Shown piece by piece: positions 1 through 12,206 of a DNA stretch of 64,000 nucleotides; the stretch's first letter is position 1, and each line of letters begins with the position of its first letter. The position numbers and the translations under genes are program-made. The notes beneath the pieces were generated by a model. The model was given only the letters and a program-made list of their open reading frames with translations. It was not told the origin of the DNA and ran no database searches. This DNA comes from Sphagnum compactum (taxonomy: Eukaryota), in assembly GCA_965153455.1 (NCBI GenBank), contig OZ234493.1, forward strand, positions 10,344,213-10,408,212, given 5' to 3'.

Positions 1-455
1 AGCTATCGTGACTAACACCGCATTAATCCAATTTTTTCCTTTAACAATTGAGATATTTAAATGTTTACACAAACAAGCTTGTGTTCTTATTTGATTGTGC
101 CAATGCCATTTGAAACTTCAAAAGACCAAAAACCCTGGGAGATGAAGGTTTAAGGTTTAAAGTTTACTTTTATTTGTCAAAAAACATCAATTGCATTGCA
201 AAGGATGCTAGCATCCTCCATCAAGTCAAGCAATAATAATAGGCCTAACTACTTCCTAACTTCCACACTTTCAAAACACAACCCCCATCGTCACAACTAA
301 TTTGATAGAGGCAATTGGTTGTTGAAATGGGGAGACTTTGATATTAGTTTGTGCCAACTTGATGTCCCTCAAATTCTCCCTTCTCTTTTTTCTTATTCCT
401 TCGTACATTTTTCAAATATGTGGTGTGTTTATAAATAAAGTTTTGCAAGGTTTGG
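1..455 (+). mobile_element. Degenerate 3' end of a restriction-like-endonuclease (CRE-like) non-LTR retrotransposon
   Basis: Broken reading FPLTIEIFKCLHKQA..DCANAI*..FICQKTSIALQRMLASSI matches the F.P.A.E..G...A..F / S.ALQR..A..I pattern at the end of RLE domains. The 3' end (GTACATTTT..GTGTGTTTATAAATAAAGTTTTGCA) recurs at ~4255-4345. Confidence 0.55.
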
Positions 456-2974
456 TTGTTGTTTTTCACTCCCCCAACCAGGGTTTCTTTTTTGGGCCAA
501 ATGTTCCCACTTGGCCACAAAAAAAATGGTAATGCCACTTCCCACAAAGGATTTTTTTATCAAAACAATGTACAAAGTCACCATATTTTGAGGGAAAAAA
601 AAACTGAATTCACCATGTTTAGATAACACATAGCAGGAATCCTAGTTTTCTCTAATGTCCTTTTGACCTGTAGCAAAATTTGGCTAAGACTACTTGTAGA
701 AAATGGCCAAGCCATCTATCTCACAAAATTGAAAAAAAACCCTGCCCCCAACTCTCAAATCTCCTTTTAACTTGTCCAATTGTGTTGAAATTATTTTTGC
801 ATTTGAAGGAGTGAATTATATATTGGTGCTGCTAAGCTTTCATATGTTTACAAATGTACAGATTTTACTAGGTGTAATTTACATCACTGCTTCTTTGTTT
901 GGCAAAACTCTGTGAAATGTTTTTTGAAGAAAACATGAATTTTTTTTGGATCCAAAATATGGTTTCCAAAGAACTATTCACCACTTTTGCAAATAAAAAA
1001 TTGAGAAAAACCCACTGATCTGCATCGGCCTTAGTGAGGCTCCCCATTCCCCACCCTCCACTGGTGCCCCACTTGCTCAACTAGATACGTTAGTGGTATT
1101 ATTATGCTATGTCGCTATGTAAAAGACCAACAATTCCACCAGTGAAGTTACTTGTAAGTAGTGTCTTCATCCTAAACAGATAAACTAGTTTTTAAATTAT
1201 TTCAATCACATACAATCTTGCAAACCTCAAAAAGGTTGAGTAATATTTAACCTTATATTGGGAAGATGGTCATGCACCTTTCAAACAACTAGGATACTGC
1301 AACAATACTTAAATAAATTGGGTATTTGTTGCAGTACATTTGCTACTTGGCAACTCCTTACTTTCTAACCTACAGTTTCATGGAACATTGCATGAAGGCC
1401 TCAAAAAAGTTGATAACCTCAGCAACAACTTAAGGGGAACTCTCTTTTGCACAGCTTCCCAAAACCCCAGAAGAGTCCAACACAACAGCCCTACTCATTT
1501 GCTGGTTTGTTTGCATTGGCTCTTTCAGTTGTTAGTACTGACTGCACTTTTTTATGCCACTAGTAATTCCATGCTTTCTTTTTGTTGTTACTATGCATTA
1601 GTAACAATATTATATATATATATATATATATATATTTCTTTTTGTTTGTGCTATGCTTCCAAAAAGGGGAGATTCCTGTTTAAGTTTGGCTAACAAATGG
1701 GTCCCAAAGTGTGAAGGTTCGTTTTTTTCTGATAGGTTAAGCCATTGTAAGGAGGAGAAAGTGAGATCCGGTCTTTACGTACCAAGAAGCTGTTAGCAAG
1801 CAGGGATGACGACAACTTTGTATTCACAAATAATCAAACGTGAAGATGACTTAGGGGATTTGGACGGTTGATGCGATTCAGCACATAAGAAGGGTGATTG
1901 TAGAATCCACATGCAAATGTATCTCCACAAATGATTCATCTAATCTGTCATCACTACTGTCTGTCTGTTTGATTTGGGGAGTAACAAAAGAGAGTGTTTA
2001 GCATCGCGATATGTTTATGGAGTACTTTAACATTACTGTAGCATTATGGCAAGTTCAACATTTCAGTGGTGAATATTTATTTTATTTGCAAGATTCCATG
2101 TCAAATTATGAAATATACCAAAACATTTCTTTGGAAAAAGTATATTTGAAAGTTTCAACATTTCCAAGAATAATACAATTAGTGTGGAAGCTGCCAAGGT
2201 AACATGGTGTTCATTCTCATTTAACAATTTTATCTCTCTTTTTTGGGTAGGTCTTAAATTGTTGGATTGAATGATGAAGTAGCAATTATTAATAATCTTC
2301 GATCATAATTATTGTAATGAAATCCTGAAGTGTTGGCTAATTTTGAAGGAGTTTGACATCAAATAGGAAAGTAAGTTATGGAAAATTAGTGTATAGTGAA
2401 TGTTCTCTCTCTCTCTCTCTTTTTCCCCCCCTCCCCCATCACCAACATAAGGATTCTAAAATAATCTGACTTACACTCCAGGTACAGAAAGTTGAGATGA
2501 TCCATTGTGTACACACAGAATCTCTCTCTCATGTCTTTTCTCCGGACACAAAACCTCAGCAGTGTTATCATTGGACCTTATACCACTGATGTTGGTGGCC
2601 CACGACAATTACACATGATCACTCTTACCTTGCTCGGTAGCACCATCCTCCCCTCGCCTCCCTCCTTCCCTGCCTGCCTCTCTCTCTATCTCCCTCCCTG
2701 CCACTGTCGGATTGTCTACCCACACTTCCAGAAGTGGGCCAACAAATAATAATAAAGTTTTGGGAAGTGTGGGAGTGCATGGCTCATAAGCTGGTGGCTT
2801 TCCTTTTTTCCACCACTCCTGAAGCCCCAATGGTAGTCATTTTACAAGTAGGTACTAAGTACATCATACACTTCATCAAGTAGTGAAGCCATTCTTCAGT
2901 TTTGTTGGCTGCCACTTTTTGCATCATCCCTTCTCACATGCCTATCATATCAGTTTCTGAAGTTTTGCTAAAGT

Positions 2975-3357
2975 ACCGGCCGCTTTACACACGAGGAGTC
3001 AGGGCCAATGTTCAGCCCAAATCCAGCATTCCTATTGGTGCAAAAGTTGAAATCAGCCCCAAGGGCTTTATACTAAGAGTCAAGGCTTAAATAGAAAAAA
3101 ACTTTTCAATCTGCCCCCAAGTACTAATAAATGCTGAACTTTATGGCCTTGTATTGGCCCCAAGGCTGAAAATAGGATACCATCAAATTTGGGAGGCCAA
3201 TTTGCAACCCTTGGGGCCAATGTTCCAGCATTTAGTACTATCCTGATGTTAATGTTCTAGCATTTATATTAGTAACTTGAGGTCAATTTGCAACCCAAAA
3301 ATGCTCAAAGTTGGCCCCAAGTTTTTTTGGCCCTGACTCTTAGTGTAAAGCGAGCCT
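2975..3357. mobile_element. MITE family B, copy 1 (PIF/Harbinger-like TIR)
   Basis: TIRs GGCCGCTTTACAC..GAGTCAGGGCC / GGCCCTGACTCTTAGTGTAAAGCGAGCC; internal sequence aligns along its length with 50506-50861. Confidence 0.8.
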
Positions 3358-3631
3358 AAGTGTGTTACATAAAAGACCACTAATATGTAAGTATCCAAAT
3401 TTTACTGGATGCCTCCAATTGTCGACTCTATCATCAGAAATCAGTTCTGCAGCAGAGATGTTTTTGAGTACACTCTCATGTTAAACATTGAGTAAAGAGG
3501 CTAAAACATTTCAGGGTGTGGTAGTACTATTGAGTGATTAGTAGGGAGGTGATTATCAAGTAGGTAATGAGCCTAGCACCCCACTTGACAGGTCTCTTGG
3601 ATTGGAGGGATCATGGAACTATTTAAAGGGT

Positions 3632-3985
3632 GCCAGAGTCATGGAACTAGCACCCCCACCAGGGCACCATGCAAGATGGATGATGTGTGGACAGGAAACA
3701 TTTTTCTGTTGTAATTCCTGTCCCAGAGTTAACCACACTGGTTAGCTACAAACTAACCATCCTTTGTGCATCTAACTATCTAGTGGCCTACCAAGCGCCT
3801 TAACTACCACCTGTGTAGTAATCACTTACGTTCCCAACCTACTCACCTATGATAAGTACCCACTTACACATGTAGTGACCTAGGCAGTTACCGAGGTGGA
3901 ACCTTGGTAACTCAGCTGTGGTTCATCCACAACTGATTCATAATAGGTTTTTCAAATGGATGGCGCACTGGTGGGTACTTCTTCT
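3632..3985. mobile_element. MITE family A, diverged copy
   Basis: GAACTAGCACCCCCACCAGGGCACCAT ... GTTCATCCACAACTGA ... ATGGATGGCGCACTGGTGGG, colinear with 23107-23488. Confidence 0.7.
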
Positions 3986-6254
3986 GGGATCACATACTCC
4001 TTCCTCCACTCTCCGGTCGTGGAAAAAAGCCGAATTCTCTGATGCCTACCATATTGAAGTATTTCCAACTTGGAAAATTACAGACCTAAGACATACAAAT
4101 TTTGGAGCTGTTTGGAAGTTCAACTACAGTACAGGCTTCTACCAACACCTTACACATACAGGCTGGCTGTTTGTCAGCAGGTTCCGACAGAAATGGACAG
4201 AAACAAGAAAACACCCACTCACTCTTCAAGTCTGGCAAATGAGTTTGAATCTAATTCTCCCTTTTTTCTTTCTTCTTTCTAATACCTTTTTGTACATTTT
4301 CCGAATCAGCGGTGTGTGTTTATAAATAAAGTTTTGCAGTGGTTTGATGATTTGAATCTCTTTTTGTCAAAAATCATTTACTTCTTTTACTTTTCAAGAA
4401 AGAACAGTGCTTAAGTGCCTGTTAATGACCATGTCTTTAATCAAAGGGGGAATCTTTCTCAGCTCCTTTCAAACTTTCATTTCTGAGTTTGCAAAGATAT
4501 GGCATGAAGACATTAGGGTACTACTCTTTCATGGCACCAGGCTACTTATATTGTTACTTCTATTAATTAGATTGGGGGTGCCTCCCAAGTTCTTTTTCTT
4601 TTTGTGGCTGCAGTAAGAGAGAGGCATTTTGATTGGCCCATCATAAGAACACCAAAAAGGTGAAACTTTGTAAGCTCCCCCAAAACAAAAGTGTTTCTAT
4701 GTGAAGATGTTGTGCCCCTTTGGCCCACCTATATAGGTAAGGGGAGAACTTTGGGCAAAGCATTGGGATAAAAGTGTAATGCAATTGGGAAGACAGTGGG
4801 AAAGGGAACATCATTGGGAACATGTGGGAAGACAAGAAATTTTTAAAAATTATGCCACCACCCACCCCCCCAAAAAAAGACAAGCCCTCCTGAATCCATG
4901 TTCAGGCATCCCATTGGCTGCATGCAAAGTCTATTCCTGAAACTAGTTGCCACCAATTTTGGCTTGAACTAATGCCCCTTCCTAAGAGTGTAGGTACCTA
5001 TTCATCTTTGTATACAAGTTCAACTTTTTTTTCTTTTCTTTATTGGCTCATCACCCAAAAAAAGACTGAAAATTTGGAGGTTATCTAAGATAGAAGTTCC
5101 TATGGGAAGATGAAACGCCTCCCCCTTTGGCCCACCTATCTATCTATTTCCTAAACCATGGTGCTTCTTGCCACACTTTGGTATCATTTGAAAGCCATCC
5201 AAATAGAGGTGCACCAAATTGGTTTCACAATCTGTCAACTTACATTGGATAAGTTACTAAATATTGAACAATGTTTTCACTAAACAATCATTTAAATGAA
5301 AACTAGAAAGCGTAGGGGAATTTGGACACACTCTTGATATTATTGGAAAGCCTTCAGTGAGTATGATTAAATGAAGGTGGCAAAAGGTGATCAATTAAGT
5401 TACAAAAAATGGTTTTGGAAGAGCAAATTATTTGGCTATCTAGTTCACACTTGGGCCAACAACATAAGCTACATTTTTATAGGTGAAAAGAGACAAATTT
5501 GAACAAAGCATATGGGTTAAAAGTGTGATGCTATTGAGAACATCTTGAGGAATGCATTGGAAACTTGGGAAACCCTTTGAAAACTTTGAGAAAAGCCCCT
5601 TGGGAACTTGATGGGACCACATGGAAAACAGAAAAAACCCAACACAGGACAAGCCATAGGTCTTATAATGTAACCCCAAAATACTCAAGGGGACCAACTA
5701 ATGCTTTTAGGCTATAAACTTGATTGGTTGTCTTCTTTCATTTTGCCAAACTACCGCCACCTTCACGCTGGCTATCAATCCAAGCCAAATTAGAAAAGTT
5801 CAAGTAGTTGCACCCACCAATTCAGGTGTGGGGTGGCTAGCTGGCTGGCTGTTCCACATGCAACTAATTGTCCACAAAGTTGCACAAATCAAGTTCCATA
5901 CCCAAATCCCATGCTCATGCATCAGACAAGGGTTAATAGTTTTAGTGATTGTAATAATATATAGAGGGTGTTCAATAGGGTTGTGTGTAGGTCTGCAGAA
6001 AAAATATTATGACAAATAAAATTGCTGGATATGGTGGTCCGAAATTTCTTTTTCTTAGTTATCTTGAATGAACTAACAATTTAACCTGTAATAAGTTTTG
6101 GTATGTTTGTGAGAATTATAGAGGATCAATGGAAATGCTATAAAGGGACCACTTTTTTCAATGTTCACTAGAATAGGTTGTGTGTAAGCCTAAAGAATTT
6201 TTTTTCAAGTCAATGGGGTTGCTGGATTTGGTGATCTGAATTTGATCTTGAGTT

Positions 6255-7566
6255 TGATCACCCCGAACCTGGACAGTGCAGTGGAACATCTAGCAGCTAC
6301 CAGTAGATGTTCGTTGTTCGCATTGAACTGTCGTTGTGCGGAGCTACGTATTATGGACGTCCAATTACGATGTAACCTCTCCAACACATTGGTGCGTTCC
6401 ACAGCAAGTTATGCCTGTGAGATTTGGGTGAACTCCAAGAAAATAGAGGTTATTGAAGTAGTGTACCGAAGGTTCCTCAAGTCCTTGCTCGGGGTGCGAA
6501 AAACAACTAGCACGTCCATCGTGTTGGCAGAATTTGACAAATTTCCCTTTGAACACTTTGCATGGGGACAAGCGCTATTGTACTATAACCGTGTGAGCAC
6601 GGTCACTAAAGATCGCATCTTGGGCAAGGCATGGGAAGCCCAACTCGCTATGCTTGTTGCGGGAAAGAACTGTTGGGCTAGATCCGTGAAAAAATGTTAC
6701 TCAAGAATCAGCCCCAGAAGGTGGCAGGTTTTCTGCCTCCAGTTCAACCGTCGTTGGAAACGACGCCTAAGCTTACAACGACCCGTGTGCTCCAAGCGAG
6801 GACTGCTCAACTACTAGGAACGGCTCCTGAGACAATGCACATACACCCGACCCGTCTAGCAAGGGTGAAAGGCTGGGTGGAGAACCAAGTACTTTGGTGC
6901 AATGCGCACAACCTATGGGTGGGAATTTAGATGGCTCAGCTGGCCGTGCTACAACTAGTGCAGCCAGTTGGTGCTAGATTTACAACAGGAGGCCCGATCA
7001 ACCAAGAGGCTGGGGCCCCACCCCTTCCAGGTTTTCCCCACACAATATTGAGTGTAAAAAAGGTGAAGGATAATATGTGATTGACTTACATTGAAAATAT
7101 CTTTACCAACCGCGAGATCGGGCCCAACGTGCAGACATTTGCGTTTCAAAGGTATGTTGTACAAGAGCGAAAGCTACTTGTGTGACATCAGTTGCGTTCA
7201 GCTACGAAAAGCTCTGGCCTAGTTTCAATGTGGTAACACGCAGCTTGAGGTAGTGTTAGATGTGTGAAAAGGCATGCCATATGCAAAGAAACTTTGTCAA
7301 GGCTGCGATTTGGGGAAGGTTGAGGATGAAGAGCACTTGCTTCTTGTTTGTCCAAATACACAGAAAGTTAGGGAACGCTTTTGTTCGACCCTACCCCTCA
7401 CCCACACTAGCACTCTTGCTGAGCTCATGCAGACTACAAACACAGTCGCCCTGGCCAAGTTTGTGGCATGTTGCCAATACCAAAGGACAATCTGTCCTCC
7501 ATGATCTACCTTTCGTCTAATGGACTTTTTGGTCCCAAACGGACGTAAAATTGTAAACAGTAAACA
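6255..7566 (+). mobile_element. 5'-truncated, decayed non-LTR retrotransposon (LINE; RTE/RTE-X-like by inference), post-RT region plus C-terminal CCHC finger
   Basis: ORFs 6242-6817, 6694-6930 and 7274-7504 are frameshifted pieces of one protein: VRSTASYACEIW..YRRFLKSLLGVRKTT..VLAEF (typical just after a LINE RT) and CQGC..EDEEHLLLVC (CCHC zinc finger). Short-repeat 3' tail GTAAACA-GTAAACA. Flanked by GAGTT at 6250-6254 and 7567-7571 (TSD). More CpG-rich than the flanks. Confidence 0.88.
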
Positions 7567-8080
7567 GAGTTATCTGGAAGGAACTAACAGTCAATGTGTA
7601 AGTGCAATTTCCAAATAGGGTTCTAGCACAGTACTTGTGCACTTTGTTGGCCTTGCCTACGAAGGCAAGGATATTGTGTTTCGACTCATTATAGAGTATA
7701 GTAGCTTCAGGGATTTTGGCCCCTAGTTAATAGCACTATTTTCATATGAGGATTTTTGAAAGATGATATTTTGGCTTGTGTTGAAACTTGAGATTAGTTA
7801 TAGAGTTATAATATCTTGAAGGATTTTGGTTTCTTTTAGAGGATTTTTTGAAGATTATATTTTTGCATGGTGAAATATTTGAGTTTCCATAATTCTTCTT
7901 TTTCCTTAAGATACTTTTTAATGTAAATGGCAAGGCCACAGTGTGACACACCCCTTGTTGGTTGTAGGCTTCAGGGATTTTCATTCTTTCATGGGCAGAT
8001 TGGATGAACCATCCATCACCCACACTCCTACCACCACCATAGAAAACCCCCCCCATTTTTCTTTTGTTGATTGTAACATT

Positions 8081-8472
8081 AGAGTTATCCGTAAAGTAAA
8101 AGAAACACAGCACCAGAGGCCCTGAGTTTGGTCATACACAGGGTGAGATTCAAAAAAACCTGCAGGAAAGTACATTAGCATCAACGGGGGATGAAACTTA
8201 GAAAACCATCAATTTTGGTGGTAAACTGAATTTCATCCTGTCTTTCCTTTTTCCTGAACGCCTCCACTGCTGCTACATATATTTTCACTGCTCCTAACTG
8301 TACAACCACGATAATTAGTCTCGAACCTCGTGTATTAAATGCTGAGTTTCAGCATCTCATACTGAGATTTAATAAAAATGTCTTTACTTTGGAGAAACCA
8401 CTGAAGAGGGGATAGGGGGTGAAAGGAGGCCCAAAGACAGGGTGAAGAGAGGGTTACGTTATGGATAACTCT
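8081..8472. mobile_element. MITE family C, copy 1 (3-bp ATT TSD)
   Basis: TIR AGAGTTATCCGTAAAGTAA / TTACGTTATGGATAACTCT; ATT at 8078-8080 and 8473-8475; reverse-complement homolog at 18636-19049. Confidence 0.85.
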
Positions 8473-9229
8473 ATTAGCTCTTTGATATTTCCAGGGCCGA
8501 AATATAACCACTGAGATTCTCTCCACTGGGAGGAGTATAATGGCTTGTACCCAATAATACTTCAGCATGGAACAATTTTACATAAACACACACCCATAGT
8601 TCATTCCCCTGCCATTATTGTGTGAAACTGAATTTGGATATTTGAAATTTGTGAAGCTGCAAGTGATGTCCAACAAAGAAAATGTGTAACTGCTTTTCCT
8701 TGTCTGGATGTATTGATTGGCCCAGGTGATGGCACTTTAAGGGCCCTTCAGTTTAGCTGTCCAATTCTGCTTGTCTATAGGTATGGATGGGGGAAGAAAT
8801 AACTAATACTCTATGTAGCATGTGGTCACACTATTAGAGGCCCAAGTAGTAAGGGGTGTGGGTGGAGATGCTCTAATAGGACTTTCTCAAAAAAGTGAAG
8901 CTGTTGGTTCATCATGGCTCATCTGGGCTGCCATTGGTGGTTACCAGCTAGATAACTACCAGTGTTGGGTGCTTGTGTACTTTGTTATATACATAGGATC
9001 ATGAATTCTGGGGAATACATAGATAGGCATGTGGTATGTGAACTTTATCATGTAGGCACATACCAATCCTAACTAAATGGAATTATATATGCTTGCCTTT
9101 ATACCAAACAGTTATTTGCCCTGAAGTACTGGCTTGTACAGAGCTAGCCTCTAACCTAGTGGCACCTACTGACATATAAACTTTTTGCAGACATACATTT
9201 TATGCAGACATACATCCTCCATCACACGA

Positions 9230-9840
9230 CTTCTCATTGGTGGCATGGAAATTCTATTCCTAAAAAATTGGCTGTCAATATTTTTGGCCTGGACTAATAG
9301 GTAGCCCTTCCTAAGAACACACTACCTATTTTTCATGCTTCAATTAATTAGTGAGGGCGTGCATTAACAGTTTTTTTTTTCTCCCAAAAGGAACCATTTG
9401 ATTGGCCTATCACCAATATTTTTGGAATTGGGGCACTCCCCCACATAGAAGCCTACTTATGCTTCCCTCCCCAAAATAGAAACATGCTTTGTGATGTTTC
9501 ACTTCCCTTGCCCCCCTGCCCAGCTCACCCCCTCCTTTTCAAACTATATAGAAAGAAGTTGATCCAAGGTCAAACAATATGGAATAAAAATTGAGCTGCT
9601 ATTGGGAACGCACTGGGAACTTGGGGAACACTTTGGAAATCTGGTAGGAACACATTGGGAACTTGACGTGAACAAAAAAAATCAAAAGAAACCTCTCTCT
9701 CCCTCCCACCCCAAAAGAAAAAACTAAGCCCCCCCTAAGCCTTCTCATTGGTTGCATGAAATTTCTATTTCCAAAAGAGTTAGTCACCATTTTCAACATG
9801 GACTAATACCCCCATTATAAACTGGGGGTACTTATTTATT
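9230..9840. repeat. Dispersed repeat family with TTTGATTGGCCC / TGGGAAC motifs
   Basis: Related segments at ~4600-5150, ~5480-5640 and ~31900-32240 (TTTGATTGGCCC..CA, TTGGGAACA, TTCTATTCCTAA..GTCACCATTTT). Confidence 0.6.
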
Positions 9841-11237
9841 ATCCAACTAGGTTTTTTTTTGGTAAACATTGCCTAAATACCATCCCCAAATGGTATGCAA
9901 AATGTTCTTTTAAGGTACAAAGTGAATGCATATACATACTAAAAAAGCATTACCCTCACTACAATAGTAGCCACGTGATGGACATGATCCCCAGTTAAGT
10001 TGGCAAACTCAATGACCTGGAGCTAAACTAGAGCTCATCCTTCAGCTCGTCTTTACTTTAGCAAAGTGCCAGAACCATGAGTAACTAACATAATCAAAAA
10101 TCCCCTTCCCTTTCAGATTGAACAACACGTGAAAAGGACCCAAAAATTGTGGATCTCATTTTAGGTCTGGACCCCAATATATGCATGAACTATTTGCATG
10201 GGTGTTGCCCATAAGGACTATCATAGCTTTAGCATATGATGGGAAAGTCCAAAAGACGAGATGGGAGATGATTTGGTTTGGACTCTTATGCCACCCCCTA
10301 CAAAAAGATTGCCCTAGAGAGGAATTGGGGGATCATTGCTCCTAGACTAGGAGCTTTTGCTTTAAGTATCTCATACAGAATGTGAACAGTGAAAAAACTG
10401 GGAGTAGGCTTTTGGCCTCTTGTGGGTTTTGCCTGACCTTTCTAGACACCTAAAATGCTGAACTCAAGGCTCAGGTCAGCCTTAACTATGGTAGTCTACT
10501 CTCCGCCAAATGAGTTGTATAGATTTATTGTCTAGTAAGGGGTTTTTTTAAAAAACAAGTTAAGTACTTGTGTGTTTCTTTGCCTATTTCTGTATGGAAG
10601 ACACCCCAAAAACAAAGGCTAATATAAAGCATGTTCCTTCCATTCACTTCAAACAATAAAGGGCGGTGAAAGTGGGGGGGGGTGCATGGGGCCAACCTGA
10701 GCCTTGGAGTCCCACTGACTACCTAGTACCCCGTACCCAAGGGATCCCCGGGCGGCCGACTTGTTGGGTAGGACACACCCAAGAGTGTGGGTCCATGCCA
10801 GAAAATAGTCGGTTCATAACTGGCCCACCAAGTTTCTGCCAATTCCTGCAAAACCAATCTGATTTATGTCGTGTCGCGGTCTGGTTCACAAAAGTTCCAC
10901 ATCCTTTTGGTTGTTTATCTATCATTGTGTGTATAATCTATTTAGCTATGCCTTTCTGTTACTTTCCTTTCCCCCATCACTGGGAAACCACCTTCTCCAC
11001 TACCCCCCCTATCCTCCTCCTCCTTCTTCCCATGCACGTAAAAACAATTTGTTAACACAATGGAAAGATTGCATAGCAAAAGTGAGCATGAATAACCACG
11101 TGGTGGATCACAACCACACAATCCTTTTGGGTTTAGAGTCAGGGCTCCACACTATTCTTTCCTTTTTTCCTTTTTTTTCTATTTCTTTCTTTTCTGTGAT
11201 GAGGAGCTGATTAGAAGAGGGTTCTGAGCTAGGGGGG

Positions 11238-11444
11238 ATGAAGAGCCTTCTTCATCTGGCTCTCTTTCTGAAACAGATTTTTTTGTGTTCAGTGAACCAT
11301 GTAAACATGAAGAGCCTTCTTCATCTGGCTCTCTTTCTGAAACAGATTTTTTTGTGTTCAGTAAACCATGTAAACGTGAAGAGCCTTCTTCATCTGGCTC
11401 TCTTTCTGAAACAGATTTTTTTGTGTTCAGTAAACCATGTAAAC
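11238..11444. repeat. Tandem repeat, 3 x 69 bp, nearly identical
   Basis: Units begin at 11238, 11307 and 11376; only two substitutions seen among the three units. Confidence 0.97.
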
Positions 11445-11529
11445 ATTGTGCAGGTTTACCAAACACAAAAAAGACTGTTGTGCCTTTGCTTCCAAGATCC
11501 TATACGAACTTATTATAGCTATTGTCGCA

Positions 11530-11745
11530 ACAAGGCATCATAAACATGCTGGTGGCCCTGCTAATAGATAAGATGTTGTACATCTATATACTGTGTCCAC
11601 ACTCTAAACACCAAAAAAATCCAATCCAATCTAACTAGTCTAAACACTTTCATCAAAGAAACCGGTTCACCTAATATAAAACTTTCAAAAGTTGGATCCA
11701 ATGCTAGAGTCCCTGTCCCTGTGGAGGCAGGGCCTAACAAAGACA
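11530..11745. repeat. Dispersed ~210-bp repeat (MITE-like), copy 1
   Basis: Reverse complement of ~30020-30250; internal GGCCCTGC/GCAGGGCC inverted motif at 11554 and 11734; ORF-track peptides share KVFRL.RL..IF..RVWTQ. Confidence 0.75.
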
Positions 11746-11857
11746 TATACACCAGCTGACCCCAAGCAACTGAACAAAAGAGAGAGAAAAAACTGAACAA
11801 AAGCTTGATGTTTTTTCCAGCTCCATGTTTTGTCTTTGTTTGCAAAGAGATTCAAAC

Positions 11858-12206
11858 CAGTGTTGTGTGGTTCTTTAATTTTTAAGAACCAGCTGTTCTG
11901 ATTCTTTAAATATTCCCGAGTCAGAGAAACTGCAGTTCAGGTTCTTTGGAAAAAATTCAAAATCAAGGAAAGGCCCGTTTCAGGTATTTCAAAAACCTTA
12001 AAGAACCAATGGTTTTCATGAAAGAACTGGCAACAAACTGACGATTCTCTCCCAGTTTTTTTTCACTTTTTCATATTTTTCAGAACCATGGTTGTATACT
12101 GAAATCAATTTTTTGAATATTTGGAGAACTGAGGAATAGGTGGGTATATACCTGGGCTGATAACTGGTGGGTATTTGTCCCTTGTTCTAAGAACCAACCA
12201 ACACTG
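11858..12206. mobile_element. hAT-type MITE
   Basis: Termini CAGTGTTG / CAACACTG, GGTTC/GAACC subterminal motifs, 8-bp flanks ATTCAAAC vs ATTTAGAC (6/8, decayed TSD). Confidence 0.7.

Noticed and set aside
1340..1830. Plus-strand exon-like segments (FHGTLHEGLKKVDNL...)
   Set aside because: Splice-like signals exist, but I could not build a coherent gene model or recognise a product.
11238..11444. CRISPR-like array
   Set aside because: Head-to-tail 69-bp units with no unique spacers, eukaryotic context, no cas genes.
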